This document shows positions 62,828-64,000 of a stretch of DNA of 64,000 bases, one piece after another (position 1 is the stretch's first letter; each line of letters begins with the position of its first letter). A program made the translations under genes and the position numbers. Source of the stretch: an uncultured Actinomycetes bacterium (GTDB lineage: Bacteria > Actinomycetota > Thermoleophilia > UBA2241). The stretch covers positions 713,447 to 777,446 of the forward strand of contig CAVPVX010000007.1 of NCBI GenBank assembly GCA_963709345.1, in the 5' to 3' direction. The notes beneath the pieces are model-generated. The model had not been told where the DNA came from and did not search any database. It saw only the letters and a program-made list of their open reading frames with translations.

Positions 62828-64000
62828 TCTCCTTCGAGGACGTCGTCGACCGCGCAATGACCGGCCCTCTGGTGCCGGAGAGGGACTACGACCTCAAGGT
62901 CTTCGTTCCCGCGCTGCGCCGGATCCTGAAGAAGTACGAGATCCGCTACGACCCGCAGGTCGTCGTGCCGTCCGACGACGAGTTCGCCGATCGGCTGTTC
63001 CGGGCCGGCCTGGAGTTCTACCAGGAGGTCGGCACGTACTGCGTGGACACCAGCCGCATCATCCAGTTCACCGAAGAGGAGATCCGGGAGGCGCTGGCCA
63101 CGGCCCCGCAGGGACCCGTGTTCGGCGAGGGCAAGGACGCCAAGGCGTACCCGTCCCGGCGGCCCGAGAGCGAGATCCCGCCCTGGTGCTACGTGGGGGC
63201 GGGCGGCACTCCCGTCTCGAGCGAAGAGGTGTTCGAGGCCTTCGTGCAGGCCACCGGCGAGATCCCCCTGGGCGACGGCGTCACGGCGCCCGCGCTGGCC
63301 AACTACCACGGGTCGATGGTCCGCGCCGGCACGCCCCTGGAGATCCTGGCCTGCATCAAGAGCACTGTTCTCACGCGCGAGGGTCTGCGGCGAGCCGGCC
63401 GGCCGGGCATGCCCGTGCAGAACTCCATCGCCACGGCCGTGTCGGACGCGGGCAAGATCGCCGGCAGCGCCTTCGGCATGCGGCCGTCGGACGGCTGGAA
63501 CATCGGGCCGCTGGCCGAGATGAAGGCCAGCTGGGAACGACTGAACGAGGTCGCCTACGTCATCAGCCTGGGCGGGCATGTGGTCGCGGAGACGTGCCCC
63601 ATGGTCGGCGGCTACTGCGGTGGTCCGGAGGGCATGGCCGTGGCCAATGTCGCCTATCACCTCCACTCGATGCTCGTCTTCCGCGGCTCGATCCAGCTGA
63701 ACTTCTCCATCGACATGCGCACCTCGAGCAGCACGAGCAGGGAAGTCATCTGGGGCATGAGCGCCAGCGCACAGGCGATCTCGAGGAACAGCCACTTCCC
63801 GCTGCAGATCTCGGCGCTCACGGCCTCCGGCCCCGGCGCCGAGATGCAGCCCTACGAGGCCGCGGCGCCGATCATCGCGCACGTCGTCTCGGGCAGCTCG
63901 GTCGGTCCCACCGGCGGCTCGCCGGGCAACTCCGTGATGGATCACATCACGCCCATGAACGGGCGCTGGTCCTCGCTGGTCGCCCACTCCGTGCTGGGGA
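62824..64000 (+). CDS. mtmB: Monomethylamine methyltransferase (MtmB) family, non-Pyl, 3' end outside window
   Basis: Manual translation: DRAMTGP..GTYCVDTSRII..AGTPLE..AGRPGMPVQ..GGYCGGPEG; open to window end. Confidence 0.82.
   Translation, partial: MISFEDVVDRAMTGPLVPERDYDLKVFVPALRRILKKYEIRYDPQVVVPSDDEFADRLFRAGLEFYQEVGTYCVDTSRIIQFTEEEIREALATAPQGPVFGEGKDAKAYPSRRPESEIPPWCYVGAGGTPVSSEEVFEAFVQATGEIPLGDGVTAPALANYHGSMVRAGTPLEILACIKSTVLTREGLRRAGRPGMPVQNSIATAVSDAGKIAGSAFGMRPSDGWNIGPLAEMKASWERLNEVAYVISLGGHVVAETCPMVGGYCGGPEGMAVANVAYHLHSMLVFRGSIQLNFSIDMRTSSSTSREVIWGMSASAQAISRNSHFPLQISALTASGPGAEMQPYEAAAPIIAHVVSGSSVGPTGGSPGNSVMDHITPMNGRWSSLVAHSVLG

Overview
High-GC bacterial window; the gene set suggests an anaerobic or facultative actinobacterium, possibly Thermoleophilia-like (inference). 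1-14.7 kb: futalosine menaquinone genes (mqnA, mqnE, prenyl synthase, ubiE, ubiX, UbiA/UbiD families) with rex, hemL, an AhbD-like radical SAM and hemB. 14.7-44 kb: metabolic and envelope genes (dhaKLM, Fe-ADH, transaldolase, dacB, sepF, NlpC/P60, an AOX-like diiron protein, a double C2H2 zinc finger, cspA, rpsR). This part includes a trimethylamine methyltransferase (mttB) read through an in-frame TAG at the canonical pyrrolysine site. 44.1-61.5 kb: a tRNA-Arg(CCT) hit from both sides. One side has a 3'-fragment-bounded island with no integrase. The other has tandem tyrosine-integrase elements that duplicate the 5' half and leader of the tRNA. 61.7-64 kb: Lrp regulator, corrinoid protein and an MtmB homologue with Gln (CAG) at the Pyl site, running off the window. 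Several genes carry isolated frameshifts, which may be assembly indels. All family calls are from motif recognition; no searches were run.
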